A stretch of DNA of 64,000 bases from an uncultured SAR86 cluster bacterium (GCA_902558375.1 CACEDQ010000001.1:25929-89928); one strand, 5' to 3'. Shown: positions 19,640-30,383, counted from the first letter of the stretch. Made by a program: numbers and translations. Notes: generated by a model from the letters alone, not told the origin.

Positions 19640-20274
19640 TAAGTTCCAATATAGATATATACTTAATTGGTTTTTCTGTTCTTATATTTCTTATAATCAC
19701 ATTTCTTTTTATAAGAAAAATTTCTAATAAAGGAGAGCTCAAAGTAAAAATTGAGCCTGTCACAGATACATTTGAAATAAAAGAATTTGATGAAATTGAT
19801 ATAAAGTCTCAACAAGCATTTGATTTTGATGATAAAGATCATATTGATTATCAAGAGCAAAAACTTGTTGTTTTAAATTTAATATCCATTGATAAGTCTA
19901 TGTTTGAAATCGATCAAGTATATGGTTTTATGAGCAATGTTGGAGCAACCTTATCACAGGGGTTCTTCGTTATAAAAGATAACAATAATAAGGAGTCATT
20001 TAGAATAGCTAACGCTTTAAATCCTGGCACATTTGAATCAGAGACTAGTACTTTTGCAATCATTGTTGCTGCTGATCTCAATAACGTCTTAGATCCAATT
20101 AAAACAGTAAAAGACATGGTAAATTTTGCTTATGAATTTACTGAAAAGTTTTATGCAAATATCTGTGATGAAGAAAGAACACCAATAACCAAACAAATGA
20201 TTTCGCATATTGAATCTCAAGCTCAAGAGATAGCGAGATTAAAACAACTTGCAGTTGCTGAAAAATCTGACTAA
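19636..20274 (+). CDS. zipA: Cell division protein ZipA (short)
   Basis: N-terminal TM helix; FRIANALNPGTF and ICDEER match the ZipA C-terminal domain; smc-zipA synteny. Confidence 0.85.
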   Translation: MISSNIDIYLIGFSVLIFLIITFLFIRKISNKGELKVKIEPVTDTFEIKEFDEIDIKSQQAFDFDDKDHIDYQEQKLVVLNLISIDKSMFEIDQVYGFMSNVGATLSQGFFVIKDNNNKESFRIANALNPGTFESETSTFAIIVAADLNNVLDPIKTVKDMVNFAYEFTEKFYANICDEERTPITKQMISHIESQAQEIARLKQLAVAEKSD

Positions 20275-21557
20275 TGAAGCCGTGGAAAATAATTCAAAAA
20301 CTTGAAAGTGATAATAGTAGATTATTTAAAGAAAACGTTATTGAAGAAAATATTAATGACCTAGACTTTCAAGAAGGTCTATCAATGTGCCTAGATGCAT
20401 TGGTAACATTTGGCGTTAAACAAGTTCCTAAATCTGATAAAAATGGAAAAGGATTAAGTTGGAGTTCTTTCAAGAACTCCGCCTTACTATTAATAGAAAG
20501 AGAAAAAACCGGTCACGCTGCTAGGGATGAAATTTTGGCGCTAATGGATAAAGCTACTTTAGAAGAGTGGAATGATTGGTATAGAAGAATCTTAATAAAG
20601 GATTTGAGATGCGGCGTAAGCGAGAAGACAGTCAACAATGTTGCAAAAAAAATGGATATTCAATTTAGGGTGCCTGTTTTTGCTTGCATGCTATCTCATG
20701 ATGGAATGAAACATCCAAAAAAGATTAAAGGTAACTGTTTAATTGAATATAAATATGATGGAGTGAGGGTAATAGCGATAACAAAGAAAAATAATACAAC
20801 TCTTTATAGCAGAAATGGAAAAATATTTAGCAATTTCCCTCATATTGAAGAAGCATTAAGCAAACCTGAATTTAATAATATGGTTTTTGATGGTGAGGTC
20901 ATGAGCAATGACTTTCAATCATTAATGAAACAAGTTCATAGGAAAACCAATGCAAAAACAGAAGATGCATATTTAGCTTTGTTTGATATCTTGCCTCTTA
21001 AAGAGTTTAACGATGGCAAAAGCAAGCTTACCACCCTTGAAAGAAAACATAATTTAGAGAAATTTTCTAAAAAATTTCCTTCATGTATCAAAATTGTTGA
21101 CTATCAGGTCGTAGATTTTGATAAAGAAGAGGGTGAAGCAATATATTCTAAAATGAATAAAGAAGCACTAGATCGTGGTTATGAAGGATTAATGATAAAG
21201 CCTGTGAATGATTTATATGAATGCAAAAGAAGTCATGCCTGGCTAAAAATGAAACCCTTCATTGAGGTCACATTAAAAATCACAGAAGTTCATGAAGGCA
21301 CTGGCAGGCATGCAGGGAAGCTTGGTGCATTTTCAGTAGAGGGTGCTGATGATGGTAAATTTTTCTCTCTAAATGTAGGTAGTGGGTTAACTGATGAAAA
21401 TAGAGAAAAGTTTTGGGAATATAAAGATTCATTAATTGGACAATTAATCGAAATAAGAGCAGATGCTGTTACTCAAAGCATGGAAGGTGAAAATTACAGC
21501 TTAAGATTTCCTCGTTTCAAAACATTTAGAGGTTTTAAACCGGGTGAAAAAATTTAA
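20274..21557 (+). CDS. ATP-dependent DNA ligase
   Basis: Motif I EYKYDGVR, III FDGEV, IIIa LFDIL, IV EGLMIK, V WLKMK, VI SLRFPRF; no Zn finger, HhH or BRCT of LigA. Confidence 0.95.
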   Translation: MKPWKIIQKLESDNSRLFKENVIEENINDLDFQEGLSMCLDALVTFGVKQVPKSDKNGKGLSWSSFKNSALLLIEREKTGHAARDEILALMDKATLEEWNDWYRRILIKDLRCGVSEKTVNNVAKKMDIQFRVPVFACMLSHDGMKHPKKIKGNCLIEYKYDGVRVIAITKKNNTTLYSRNGKIFSNFPHIEEALSKPEFNNMVFDGEVMSNDFQSLMKQVHRKTNAKTEDAYLALFDILPLKEFNDGKSKLTTLERKHNLEKFSKKFPSCIKIVDYQVVDFDKEEGEAIYSKMNKEALDRGYEGLMIKPVNDLYECKRSHAWLKMKPFIEVTLKITEVHEGTGRHAGKLGAFSVEGADDGKFFSLNVGSGLTDENREKFWEYKDSLIGQLIEIRADAVTQSMEGENYSLRFPRFKTFRGFKPGEKI

Positions 21558-22168
21558 TGAATATTAGATTTCTAAAAACTGCATTTTTTATATTTTTAAT
21601 ATTGTCATTTCAATCTTGTATTACGACACCTCCACAAAATCCAGATAATATTTGTTTAATATTTGAAGAAAAGAAAAGTTGGTATAAAGCAGCAATGAGG
21701 TCTGAGAAACGATGGAAGATTCCACCATACGTATTAATGTCATTTGTATATCAAGAATCGAGTTTTAAAGCAGATGCAAAGCCTGACAGAACAAAGTTAT
21801 TATGGGTCATACCATGGAAGAGACAATCTACTGCATCTGGATACTCTCAAGCATTGAATATGACATGGGATGATTATATTGATGAAACTGGTAATTCTGG
21901 AGCAAGCAGAAGCAATTTTAGTGACTCTGCCGATTTTATAGGATGGTATGCATCTAAGGGTTACTATCAGGGATTTGATAGATTAGATGCTAGATCATTA
22001 TATCTTGCCTACCATGAAGGATATGGCGGCTTTAAGAAAAAAACTTATAGAAAAAAACCATGGCTTATAAAAGTTGCTGATAGGGTGCAGGCTAGATCTA
22101 CAAAGTACCAACAGCAGTATTGGAGTTGTGCTGGAGAGCTAAAGAAAAAGAAATATTTCTTTTTTTAG
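21557..22168 (+). CDS. SLT-like transglycosylase lipoprotein
   Basis: Lipobox FQSC; QESSF catalytic Glu; SGYSQA; YLAYHEG. Confidence 0.8.
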   Translation: MNIRFLKTAFFIFLILSFQSCITTPPQNPDNICLIFEEKKSWYKAAMRSEKRWKIPPYVLMSFVYQESSFKADAKPDRTKLLWVIPWKRQSTASGYSQALNMTWDDYIDETGNSGASRSNFSDSADFIGWYASKGYYQGFDRLDARSLYLAYHEGYGGFKKKTYRKKPWLIKVADRVQARSTKYQQQYWSCAGELKKKKYFFF

Positions 22169-25032
22169 ATGTACTTAATATCAAACCCCAAATCTTTAAG
22201 CTCTGATTTATAGTTTTCACCTGCGATGACAGAGCGTTTTGATTCGTTAAATAAATATTTCTCTGAAACCATAGCAAGATCCTTTAATGTGCATGATTTA
22301 ACTTTTGATCTGAAATGCAGGCGCTCATCTTGAGATTTTTGATCTAATGAGCTCATAAAATCACTCATTGCTTCACCATATGGAGACAATGGCTTATCTA
22401 TGCTTGATATAACACCCAAAATTCCTTCTTCTAGCTGTCCCTCAGAAATGTTTTTAATTGACCATTCTCTAGAATTTTTAAATTCATTAAATGTTTCTGA
22501 ACACTTAGGGTCTCTATAAGAAAAAAATTTAAAAACCTTATTATTTGAATCATGTGAGGCACCAGCACCATACGCGCCGCCTTTTTCTCTAATGGCAGAA
22601 TGAAGATAGCCATTTCTTAAGACTGTTCCAAGTACCGTTAGGGCAGGCGCATCTTCATGATGAAAGTCAACTGTTGGGAATGCTTCAGCGCAAAAGCAAA
22701 CCTGTGAGCCGGTAATCCAACCAATAGGACTCTTTTGGACACCAACAAAATTCTGATCTTTGTATTGTTCTGTATTTCCTTCAATTGCAAAGTTTAATTT
22801 TAATTTTTTCATATCTAAAGCTGATGCAGTAAAGATATGACTGGGAGAATAAGAAATTTTAGATTTTATAGATCTAAGTAATTCTAGATATTTTGTAAGT
22901 TCTTTCTCTTGTTCTACTAACTTGGAAAGCTGATTAGTATTATGAATAAATCTCAATCCTGATGTTAGCTCATTGGTTGATGCGATATCAGTTATTTGTG
23001 ATGCTGCGTTACTCATTGCAAGAATGTGACCATTTTGAATAACTGATTTTTCATTATCAGATGAGATAAACTCTAAAAGTTCTTTAATCCTTTTGATTTC
23101 TTCAAAATTAGATTCTTTTACAGTTCTTATAATTAATTCCTGCATTAAAGACTCATTACTTTCTAAACTTTTTGAATTAACTTTAAGTGCTAATTTAAAT
23201 GTACCATTTATTCTATTGGGTATAGTTATAAATGATGCTGAAATACCTCCAGTAATTGATGATTGATATTTTTGGATGTCCTCATAGCCATCTTTACCTA
23301 GACCAATATCTGTTAAAGTATTTGAAAATAAACTAGCAATCTGTAATTCATTTTCTTCAAGAGCTTCGCAAGGAAAAATCATTGTATGATAGACAATTCC
23401 ATTAGTACCAGTTTTGTAGAAGTAGTTAGTTGATTTATTGTTTGGACAAGCTATTGGAGATGGATAGTTTCTAGTTTTAGGTATATCTTCTTTTGTAACC
23501 TTTGGTAAAACTTCAGGATCATCAATAGAGTTTTGTCTTTTTTCTAAATCATCAGCAAGCTTTATAAGTTTTTCTTTATCATCTGATGAAAAGTTTTTTG
23601 TAATTTCAAAAACCTTATTTTGAATTTTTTCTTCATTTTTTTTATTTAAATCAATATCAGGAATCAAAGAATAGGTTAGCCTATGATTGTTTTTAATCAA
23701 ATTTTCTTCAATAAGGTTCTCAATGTAATTATCTGTTTTAAGGTTGTTTTTTATAGCATTAAAAGCATTATCTAAATCTAGTATATTCAATGGATTATCA
23801 TTATGGATACATGCAGGCAAGCAAGTCAGCATGATTTGTAGACCAAAAGGCATGCCAGACCCAGTAATTTCTCTCTGTCTAATTTCAAGCTGATGCAGAG
23901 AAGAATCTATAAGATCTTTTGGTACCCCATCTTTTACAAGTTTTTTAAGACAGTCCATTATGAGTGTCTCAACTTCTTTTGATTTATTTGAATCAACACC
24001 TTCTAACCCTGCAGCAAAGACAAGTTCTTTTTGATCAGCTTCAAGACCAGTTAAGGGTGATGGTGACCTGCCTAGCTTTGAACTTTCTAAAACCTTTCTC
24101 AATGGGGAGGCAGAGTTATCTAAAAGAATATTAGACATTAAATATGTTTCAAGTAATTGAACCGGGTCGTGACTTTCATTTAAAAGCCAGCTTAAAACAA
24201 TATGATGATTATTTTCATCTCCTGGAATAGGGTTATAAAAATCTGAAACAATTTTTGGTGATTCTAATCTAACTTCATTTTTAACACCTACGACCTCATC
24301 TGAAGGTGAAAAGTTAACTAAAACATTTTTTTTAATGTAAGACTGAATTTCTTGAGGATCTAAGTTTCCAAATGTAAAGAAAGTAGCATTTGAAGGATGA
24401 TAATGTTTTTTATGAAAATTAACTAAATCTTCATGAGAAAGGTCTATTATGCTTTCAGGATCGCCACCACTATTATGTTTATATGTTGAAGAAGAGTATA
24501 AGTGTTTTGACATTCCATGCCATAACTGACTTGTAATCGAGCTCATAGCCCCTTTCATTTCGTTATAAACAACTCCTTTTATTTCAATTTCACTCTCTGG
24601 ATTATTTTTTTCTTGAAACTCTAGCCTATGTCCTTCTTGAGCAAAATCAAGATTATCTAAATTAGGGAAAAAAGCTGAGTCCAGATATACACCTAAAAGA
24701 TTGTCAAAGTCTTTTTTATTGAGTGTTGCAAAAGGATATGCAGTCCAATCACTTGAGGTAAAAGCATTCATGAATGTATTAAGAGATCTTCTAATCATCA
24801 TAAAAAATGGATCTCTTACTGGATATTTTTTTGAACCACAAAGAGCTGTGTGTTCTAAAATATGGGCCACACCAGTAGAATCATGAGGAATGGTTCTGAA
24901 AGCAACCATAAATACTTTTTCATCACTATCACAAGCTAGGTGAACATGTTTGCAATTAAATTCTGATTCGCTGTATATTTGAGCATTGACATCCAGTAAA
25001 GGAATTCTTTTTTGTTCTTGAAGGTTAAACAT
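22165..25032 (-). CDS. M16C (PreP-like) metallopeptidase
   Basis: Inverted zinc motif HILEH; FMNAFT, GVVYNEMKG, REKGGAYG, SYRDP. Confidence 0.94.
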   Translation of the reverse strand: MFNLQEQKRIPLLDVNAQIYSESEFNCKHVHLACDSDEKVFMVAFRTIPHDSTGVAHILEHTALCGSKKYPVRDPFFMMIRRSLNTFMNAFTSSDWTAYPFATLNKKDFDNLLGVYLDSAFFPNLDNLDFAQEGHRLEFQEKNNPESEIEIKGVVYNEMKGAMSSITSQLWHGMSKHLYSSSTYKHNSGGDPESIIDLSHEDLVNFHKKHYHPSNATFFTFGNLDPQEIQSYIKKNVLVNFSPSDEVVGVKNEVRLESPKIVSDFYNPIPGDENNHHIVLSWLLNESHDPVQLLETYLMSNILLDNSASPLRKVLESSKLGRSPSPLTGLEADQKELVFAAGLEGVDSNKSKEVETLIMDCLKKLVKDGVPKDLIDSSLHQLEIRQREITGSGMPFGLQIMLTCLPACIHNDNPLNILDLDNAFNAIKNNLKTDNYIENLIEENLIKNNHRLTYSLIPDIDLNKKNEEKIQNKVFEITKNFSSDDKEKLIKLADDLEKRQNSIDDPEVLPKVTKEDIPKTRNYPSPIACPNNKSTNYFYKTGTNGIVYHTMIFPCEALEENELQIASLFSNTLTDIGLGKDGYEDIQKYQSSITGGISASFITIPNRINGTFKLALKVNSKSLESNESLMQELIIRTVKESNFEEIKRIKELLEFISSDNEKSVIQNGHILAMSNAASQITDIASTNELTSGLRFIHNTNQLSKLVEQEKELTKYLELLRSIKSKISYSPSHIFTASALDMKKLKLNFAIEGNTEQYKDQNFVGVQKSPIGWITGSQVCFCAEAFPTVDFHHEDAPALTVLGTVLRNGYLHSAIREKGGAYGAGASHDSNNKVFKFFSYRDPKCSETFNEFKNSREWSIKNISEGQLEEGILGVISSIDKPLSPYGEAMSDFMSSLDQKSQDERLHFRSKVKSCTLKDLAMVSEKYLFNESKRSVIAGENYKSELKDLGFDIKYI

Positions 25033-25053
25033 AATAAAAACTATAATAAATCT

Positions 25054-25566
25054 ATGAAAAAAATAACCACATTAATTACTGTACTGTTACTAGTTAGCTG
25101 TAACAATATGAAAACTAACATAAAAGTTGATTCAGTTGATACTTTCAACTTAGACAATTATAGCGATTTTTCTATAAAGATAAATCAGTCAAGTATTAGC
25201 GCAGAAATCAATCCAATCGAATTAGAAAGATTTAAAGATAATTTAAAATATTCACTAATTGAAAGAGGACTATCTTATTCTGATAACTCTAATTTAACTT
25301 TTGAAATAAACACCACCACTAAAGATAAGGTTCAATCAGACAGAATGAATCATTATTATTCGAGATATTATTGGGACAATTACTATTTTCGTGATGACAT
25401 TAGAACAATTACTGAAAATATATTAAGAGTTAATCTTAAGGATAATAATGCTGATAAAACTTTATGGACTGTGGTAACTGTTTGGAGAAATGGCTCCTCA
25501 AAAGCTCCAACTTCTGAAGATGGCTCCAATATCATTGTTGATGAAATTATGCTTAGTTTCCTTTAA
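25054..25566 (+). CDS. DUF4136-like lipoprotein
   Basis: ATG at 25054 gives MKKITT..LLVSC lipobox; aromatic-rich loop and LRVNLKD..TLW. Confidence 0.6.
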   Translation: MKKITTLITVLLLVSCNNMKTNIKVDSVDTFNLDNYSDFSIKINQSSISAEINPIELERFKDNLKYSLIERGLSYSDNSNLTFEINTTTKDKVQSDRMNHYYSRYYWDNYYFRDDIRTITENILRVNLKDNNADKTLWTVVTVWRNGSSKAPTSEDGSNIIVDEIMLSFL

Positions 25567-25585
25567 ATTTAAAATTTATATCTAA

Positions 25586-27313
25586 TTGAAATCAAATTTT
25601 AATAAAAATTATCTTTTAAGCTTATATGCTTTGTTTATATTTTTTTCTTGCACTTCTGAAGAAAATACAATTGAAGTTCCAAAAATTTCATCTGTTGAAA
25701 AACTTATAGAACACTCTAAAGAGTTTGAGCAGAATGTTTTGACATACGAGACTCCTGGAGGAAGAATTCATTTCGCTATTGGTTTTGGAATTGCAAACTC
25801 TATTATGATAGAAGGAGATGAAGGCAATATCATTATTGACGCTTCTGACAGTACTCATGAGGCATCGAAGATTTATGATAGATTCCAACAATTAAATGAT
25901 AATCCCATAACAGCAATAATCTATACTCATAATCATGGAGATCATACTTTTGGAGCAGCACATTATTTAACAACACAAAAAGAAAGACCTATGGTAATAG
26001 CGCATGAATCTACTGACTATTACATGCAAAGAATATTGGGAATTATAAATCCAATTATTACCATAAGAAGCGCAAGAATGTTTGGAACAGCACTTCCAGA
26101 AGGTGAATTAATAAATGTTGGTATTGGTAAAAGCCTTAATGTTTCCAAATCACCTTTTGGGTATGTCAAGCCAGATACAACTTTTAGAAAAGAGTTAAAA
26201 ATAGAAATTTCTGGTATCAATATTGAGTTATATCATGCTCCAGGTGAGACGAACGACCAATTATTTGTCTGGTTGCCAGTGCACAAATCTTTGATGCCTG
26301 GTGACAACATTTATAAAACATTTCCAAATCTTTATACAATTAGAGGAACAACTCACAGGGATGTTATTGGATGGGTTTCAAGCCTAGATAAGATGCGATC
26401 TTATGAACCAGAATATATATTTCCAAGTCATACAAAACCTATTGTTGGGTCACAAGAGGCTATGGACGCATTAACAACTTACAGAGATGCAATTCAATAT
26501 GTTCATGATCAAACAATTCGACTGATGAATGAGGGCTATTATCCTGACCAGATTGTTGAAATGGTGGAATTACCGGACTCAATAAAAAAATCACCATTTT
26601 TATCGGAGTTTTATGGTACTGTTAGATGGTCTGTTAAGAGCATATTTAATGGATATTTGGGCTGGTTCAATGGCAACCCTGCCGAGCTTGACCCATTATC
26701 AAGAAAAGAAGAAGCTCAAAAGTTTTCTAAATTAGTCGGCGGTGAAGCATTTTTGCTAGAAGCATTAAAAAAATCTATTTTAGATGAAGACATGCAATGG
26801 GCTCTTGAATTAAGTGATAAGCTTCTAGCTCTAGATTATGAGATAGACACAGTAAACAATTTAAGACAAAAAGCTCTTCTTTATATTGGGCTGCGCTCAT
26901 CTAATCCAAATAAAAGAAATTACTTTCTTTCATCTGCTATGGAATTAGATGCTAGTTTTGATGGTTATCCAGTTGCGGAAAGAACAGAAGAGGGCGTAAA
27001 TGAAATTTCAATTGATACGATTTTTAGTATTTTATCTGTTAGGTTAAATCCTGAAAGAGTCATTAATCAAAACATTAAAACATGTTTCTTATTTTCATCT
27101 GGCATAACTAGAGCTATTACAATAAGAAATCAAGTTGCCTCAGTTTCAGCCAATGTTGATTTACCTTGTGATATTACAGTTAAAACTTCTGAACTTAATT
27201 TTAAAATGGCATTATCAGGGTTGTTAAATCCAGTAATGGCTATAGCTTCTGGAGATATTATTGTTGATGGTGGTAATACTAATTTTTTAAAGTTCTTATC
27301 TTACTTTAGATAA
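25586..27313 (+). CDS. Alkyl/aryl sulfatase (SdsA1-like MBL fold)
   Basis: THNHGDH, HAPGET, PNLYTIRG, YLGWFNGNP, C-terminal SCP2-like domain; possible lipobox. Confidence 0.9.
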   Translation: MKSNFNKNYLLSLYALFIFFSCTSEENTIEVPKISSVEKLIEHSKEFEQNVLTYETPGGRIHFAIGFGIANSIMIEGDEGNIIIDASDSTHEASKIYDRFQQLNDNPITAIIYTHNHGDHTFGAAHYLTTQKERPMVIAHESTDYYMQRILGIINPIITIRSARMFGTALPEGELINVGIGKSLNVSKSPFGYVKPDTTFRKELKIEISGINIELYHAPGETNDQLFVWLPVHKSLMPGDNIYKTFPNLYTIRGTTHRDVIGWVSSLDKMRSYEPEYIFPSHTKPIVGSQEAMDALTTYRDAIQYVHDQTIRLMNEGYYPDQIVEMVELPDSIKKSPFLSEFYGTVRWSVKSIFNGYLGWFNGNPAELDPLSRKEEAQKFSKLVGGEAFLLEALKKSILDEDMQWALELSDKLLALDYEIDTVNNLRQKALLYIGLRSSNPNKRNYFLSSAMELDASFDGYPVAERTEEGVNEISIDTIFSILSVRLNPERVINQNIKTCFLFSSGITRAITIRNQVASVSANVDLPCDITVKTSELNFKMALSGLLNPVMAIASGDIIVDGGNTNFLKFLSYFR

Positions 27314-27315
27314 AA

Positions 27316-27771
27316 CTACCACCTATACTTATCAAAGTTTTCTGGATTAGCCCATCCTTCTGAATTGTTCCAAGATCTTTTATTGTTATAGGTCTTAAGG
27401 TTATATGAAAAACATAGCAACTTATTTGAGCTATCCTCAAGCTCAACTTGAAACCCAAGTTTAATCATATTGGATTCTTTGATGCCATCTTTAGGACGAG
27501 AAAAAATTATAATTTTTTGACTTAAAAGATTCTTAATTGTTCCGATCTGGCTTTGAGATAAATCTATATCATCCAAAACAATGAATAAATCAACTGGATC
27601 TTTTATATGCTCAAAATCTGGATCAATGCTTAGATGTGCTATGTCAGAATCTTCAAATTTTTGTACAAGCTTTGAGATATCTTGCTTTGTTACTATTTGA
27701 AGGTTTTTACATTCTTCATTATTAAGGGTGTCTAATATAAATTGATTTAATATTTTTTCCCTTTGTTTCAT
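27316..27771 (-). CDS. Conserved hypothetical protein (DUF6231-like)
   Basis: C-terminal W..WANPENFDKYRW motif. Confidence 0.6.
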   Translation of the reverse strand: MKQREKILNQFILDTLNNEECKNLQIVTKQDISKLVQKFEDSDIAHLSIDPDFEHIKDPVDLFIVLDDIDLSQSQIGTIKNLLSQKIIIFSRPKDGIKESNMIKLGFQVELEDSSNKLLCFSYNLKTYNNKRSWNNSEGWANPENFDKYRW

Positions 27772-28766
27772 TTAAGTAAATGTTTTACTGCCTCTCTTTC
27801 AGATTCTAACTCATCTATAGATATTTGAAACTTTTGCTTTGCAAATTCTGACATCACTAGATCTCTTTTAATCTCTATTGTGCCATCAGGTAGAGTAAAG
27901 AGAGGGTATCCACACATCAAACCCTCAGGAACACCGTAAGCTCCATCGCTTGCTACGGCAGCACTAAATGAATCGCCATCATCAGTTGGATTTTCACATG
28001 CAACAATTGTATCTAGAGCTGCTTTTGCAGCAGATGTTGCTGATGAAGCCCCTCTAGAGTCAATTACAGCCTTGCCTCTTTGCTGAACAGTCGGAAGAAA
28101 AGAATTTTCAACCCACTCCATATCACTTATAACTTCACTTCCAGGTCTTCCATCAATAAGAACATTTTCAACATCTGGATACATCGTAGGACTATGATTA
28201 CCCCAGATAATCATATTTTTAACGTTATCAATATTTGTTCCAGTTTTTTTGCTTACCACAGACTTGGCCCTGCTTGAATCAAGCATTGTCATAGCCATCC
28301 ATAATTGAGAATCTTTATTAGCTGCATTTTTACCTATAAGTGCATTTGTATTAGCAGGGTTGCCAACAACTAGAATTTTTGCGTCATCTTTACCATATTT
28401 ACCAATGGCTTCTCCTTGATTAACAAAGATTCCACCGTTAATTTTTAATAAATCTGATCTTTCTTCAATTTTTTTTCCTTCATAAACAATTCCTCTTGGG
28501 ATACTGCCAACAAGAAGAAACCAATCTGCATCATGAGATGCTTCTTCAAAATTATCTGTATATTTGACTTCACCCATATTTGGAAAATATGAATCTTCAA
28601 GCTCCATAATTAAACCTTCAAGCTTATTAACAACCTGAGGAATTTCAACAAGGTATAAATCAACTATCTTGTCACCAAATGTTCTTCCATCAACCAATCT
28701 TGGAATAAGAGAGTAGGCTATTTGTCCTGCCGCTCCGGTTACCACAACTTTAACTCTTGAACTCAT
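27768..28766 (-). CDS. mdh: Malate dehydrogenase (type 2, cytosolic-like)
   Basis: VTGAAGQIAY, VVGNPANTN, IWGNHS, SSATSAA. Confidence 0.9.
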   Translation of the reverse strand: MSSRVKVVVTGAAGQIAYSLIPRLVDGRTFGDKIVDLYLVEIPQVVNKLEGLIMELEDSYFPNMGEVKYTDNFEEASHDADWFLLVGSIPRGIVYEGKKIEERSDLLKINGGIFVNQGEAIGKYGKDDAKILVVGNPANTNALIGKNAANKDSQLWMAMTMLDSSRAKSVVSKKTGTNIDNVKNMIIWGNHSPTMYPDVENVLIDGRPGSEVISDMEWVENSFLPTVQQRGKAVIDSRGASSATSAAKAALDTIVACENPTDDGDSFSAAVASDGAYGVPEGLMCGYPLFTLPDGTIEIKRDLVMSEFAKQKFQISIDELESEREAVKHLLK

Positions 28767-28788
28767 TTTTTACCTTTTAATATGAAAT

Positions 28789-29382
28789 TTAATTCGTAAT
28801 TATATTCCTAAAAGTTAGATTTATTCTTGGCTTTTTAATTTTTTTTGTTTTTTTTATTTCATGCTTCCAATATTCTTGTGTCTTGCCATGCATAACCAAT
28901 AGTTGACCACTTGCTTGAGGAATAATTAAGTTTAATTTTTTATTTTTATGCTTAAAGTATATTTCTCTTGCTTCTCCAAGTGATAAAGATGCTATCACAG
29001 GCTTTTTTCCAAGCTCCTTTTCGTCATCAGAATGAAGCCCCATTGAATCATTTCCATCTCTATACAAATTAGCTAGAACAGAATTAAATTTAAAAGATGT
29101 AATATTCTCAATTTTTTCTTTAATTTCTAGTAGCAAATTATTCCAGTCATGTCTTTGAAGTTTTTTTCCGGAATATGTGTATTCAATTTTGTTGTCCGCA
29201 TACCAGGCTTGCAGTCTCGGTATTTGATGAGTTTTACCAAAGATTGTTATAAAACCTGTTTCCCAATCTAAATCATGCAGGCATAATTCAAACCATAAAT
29301 CTTTTTTTTCCTCTAATCTTTTATCTTGATATAAGTCAATTTCTAAATCTTCATATCCAGTTATTGCCTCTTTTTTAATCAA
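28789..29382 (-). CDS. AlkB-family 2OG-Fe(II) dioxygenase
   Basis: NLYRDGNDSMGLHSDDE, WKHEI, RINLTFR; TTG start after GGAG. Confidence 0.92.
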   Translation of the reverse strand: MIKKEAITGYEDLEIDLYQDKRLEEKKDLWFELCLHDLDWETGFITIFGKTHQIPRLQAWYADNKIEYTYSGKKLQRHDWNNLLLEIKEKIENITSFKFNSVLANLYRDGNDSMGLHSDDEKELGKKPVIASLSLGEAREIYFKHKNKKLNLIIPQASGQLLVMHGKTQEYWKHEIKKTKKIKKPRINLTFRNIITN

Positions 29383-29478
29383 GGGTGCTCCTTTTTCAGT
29401 AATAGTAAATAAGACTAATTTTTATTAGAATAACTTTATCTTAAACGTATAACGACTTCCAAAAAAGGGGTGAAATAA

Positions 29479-30381
29479 ATGAGTATTAGATTTGATGATC
29501 AGGTTGCAATCGTTACTGGTGCAGGTGGAGGATTAGGTAAAGAGCATGCTTTAGGGCTTGCAAGAAGAGGGGCAAAGGTAGTTGTTAATGATCTTGGTGG
29601 AGGTGTTGATGGAAGTGGTGCTAGTGATGCCGCAAAGGCCGTTGTTGACCAAATTATCTCTGAGGGTGGTGAAGCAATTGCTAATGGAGCCAGTGTCACT
29701 GATTTAGAAGCAGTTCAAGCTATGGTTCAAGAAGCTAAAGAAAAATGGGGAAGAATAGATATTCTTATTAATAATGCCGGTATCTTGAGAGATAAAAGCT
29801 TTCATAAAGACACTATAGAAAGCTTTAACACAGTTATGGATGTTCATTTTCAAGGAACTTTGAATTGTACTCATACTGTTTACCCAATAATGCGAGAACA
29901 AGAATTCGGAAGAATTATTTTTACTAGTTCATCTAGCGGAGTTTTTGGTAATTTTGGTCAAGCAAATTATGGATCTGCAAAAATGGCAATGATTGGATTA
30001 ATGAATACACTGAAATTAGAGGGACAAAAATATAATGTGTTCACTAACTCTATTACTCCTGTAGCTTATACAAGAATGACAGAGGGCTTGATACCTGAAG
30101 ATTTTGGTAAAAATATGCAGCCAGAGCATGTAACACCTGCTGTGCTATATCTTGCTAGCAAAGATGCTCCTAATGGAGTTGTTATAGCTGCTGGTGCTGG
30201 AGTTTTTGCTCGAATATTTATTCATGAAACTATGGGTATTAATCTTGGTACTGGGGAGGATATGACTCCAGAGAATATAGCTGCAAACTGGGATAAGGTT
30301 TCAGACATGGACGATGCGAGGCCTCTACAAAACGGCGGTGAACAGACTCTAAAAATATTTGAATTAATTAATAAGGGCTAG
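29479..30381 (+). CDS. SDR oxidoreductase (3-hydroxyacyl-CoA dehydrogenase-like)
   Basis: TGAGGGLG, VVVNDLG, NNAGILRD, YGSAK. Confidence 0.92.
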   Translation: MSIRFDDQVAIVTGAGGGLGKEHALGLARRGAKVVVNDLGGGVDGSGASDAAKAVVDQIISEGGEAIANGASVTDLEAVQAMVQEAKEKWGRIDILINNAGILRDKSFHKDTIESFNTVMDVHFQGTLNCTHTVYPIMREQEFGRIIFTSSSSGVFGNFGQANYGSAKMAMIGLMNTLKLEGQKYNVFTNSITPVAYTRMTEGLIPEDFGKNMQPEHVTPAVLYLASKDAPNGVVIAAGAGVFARIFIHETMGINLGTGEDMTPENIAANWDKVSDMDDARPLQNGGEQTLKIFELINKG

Positions 30382-30383
30382 CA

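Noticed and set aside
20274-21557. Ligase as a prophage remnant or NHEJ LigD
   Set aside because: No phage genes, Ku, or polymerase/phosphoesterase domains; it is coupled within a core operon
25012-25053. Longer TTG start for the DUF4136-like gene
   Set aside because: It overlaps the divergent peptidase; ATG 25054 gives a proper lipoprotein signal
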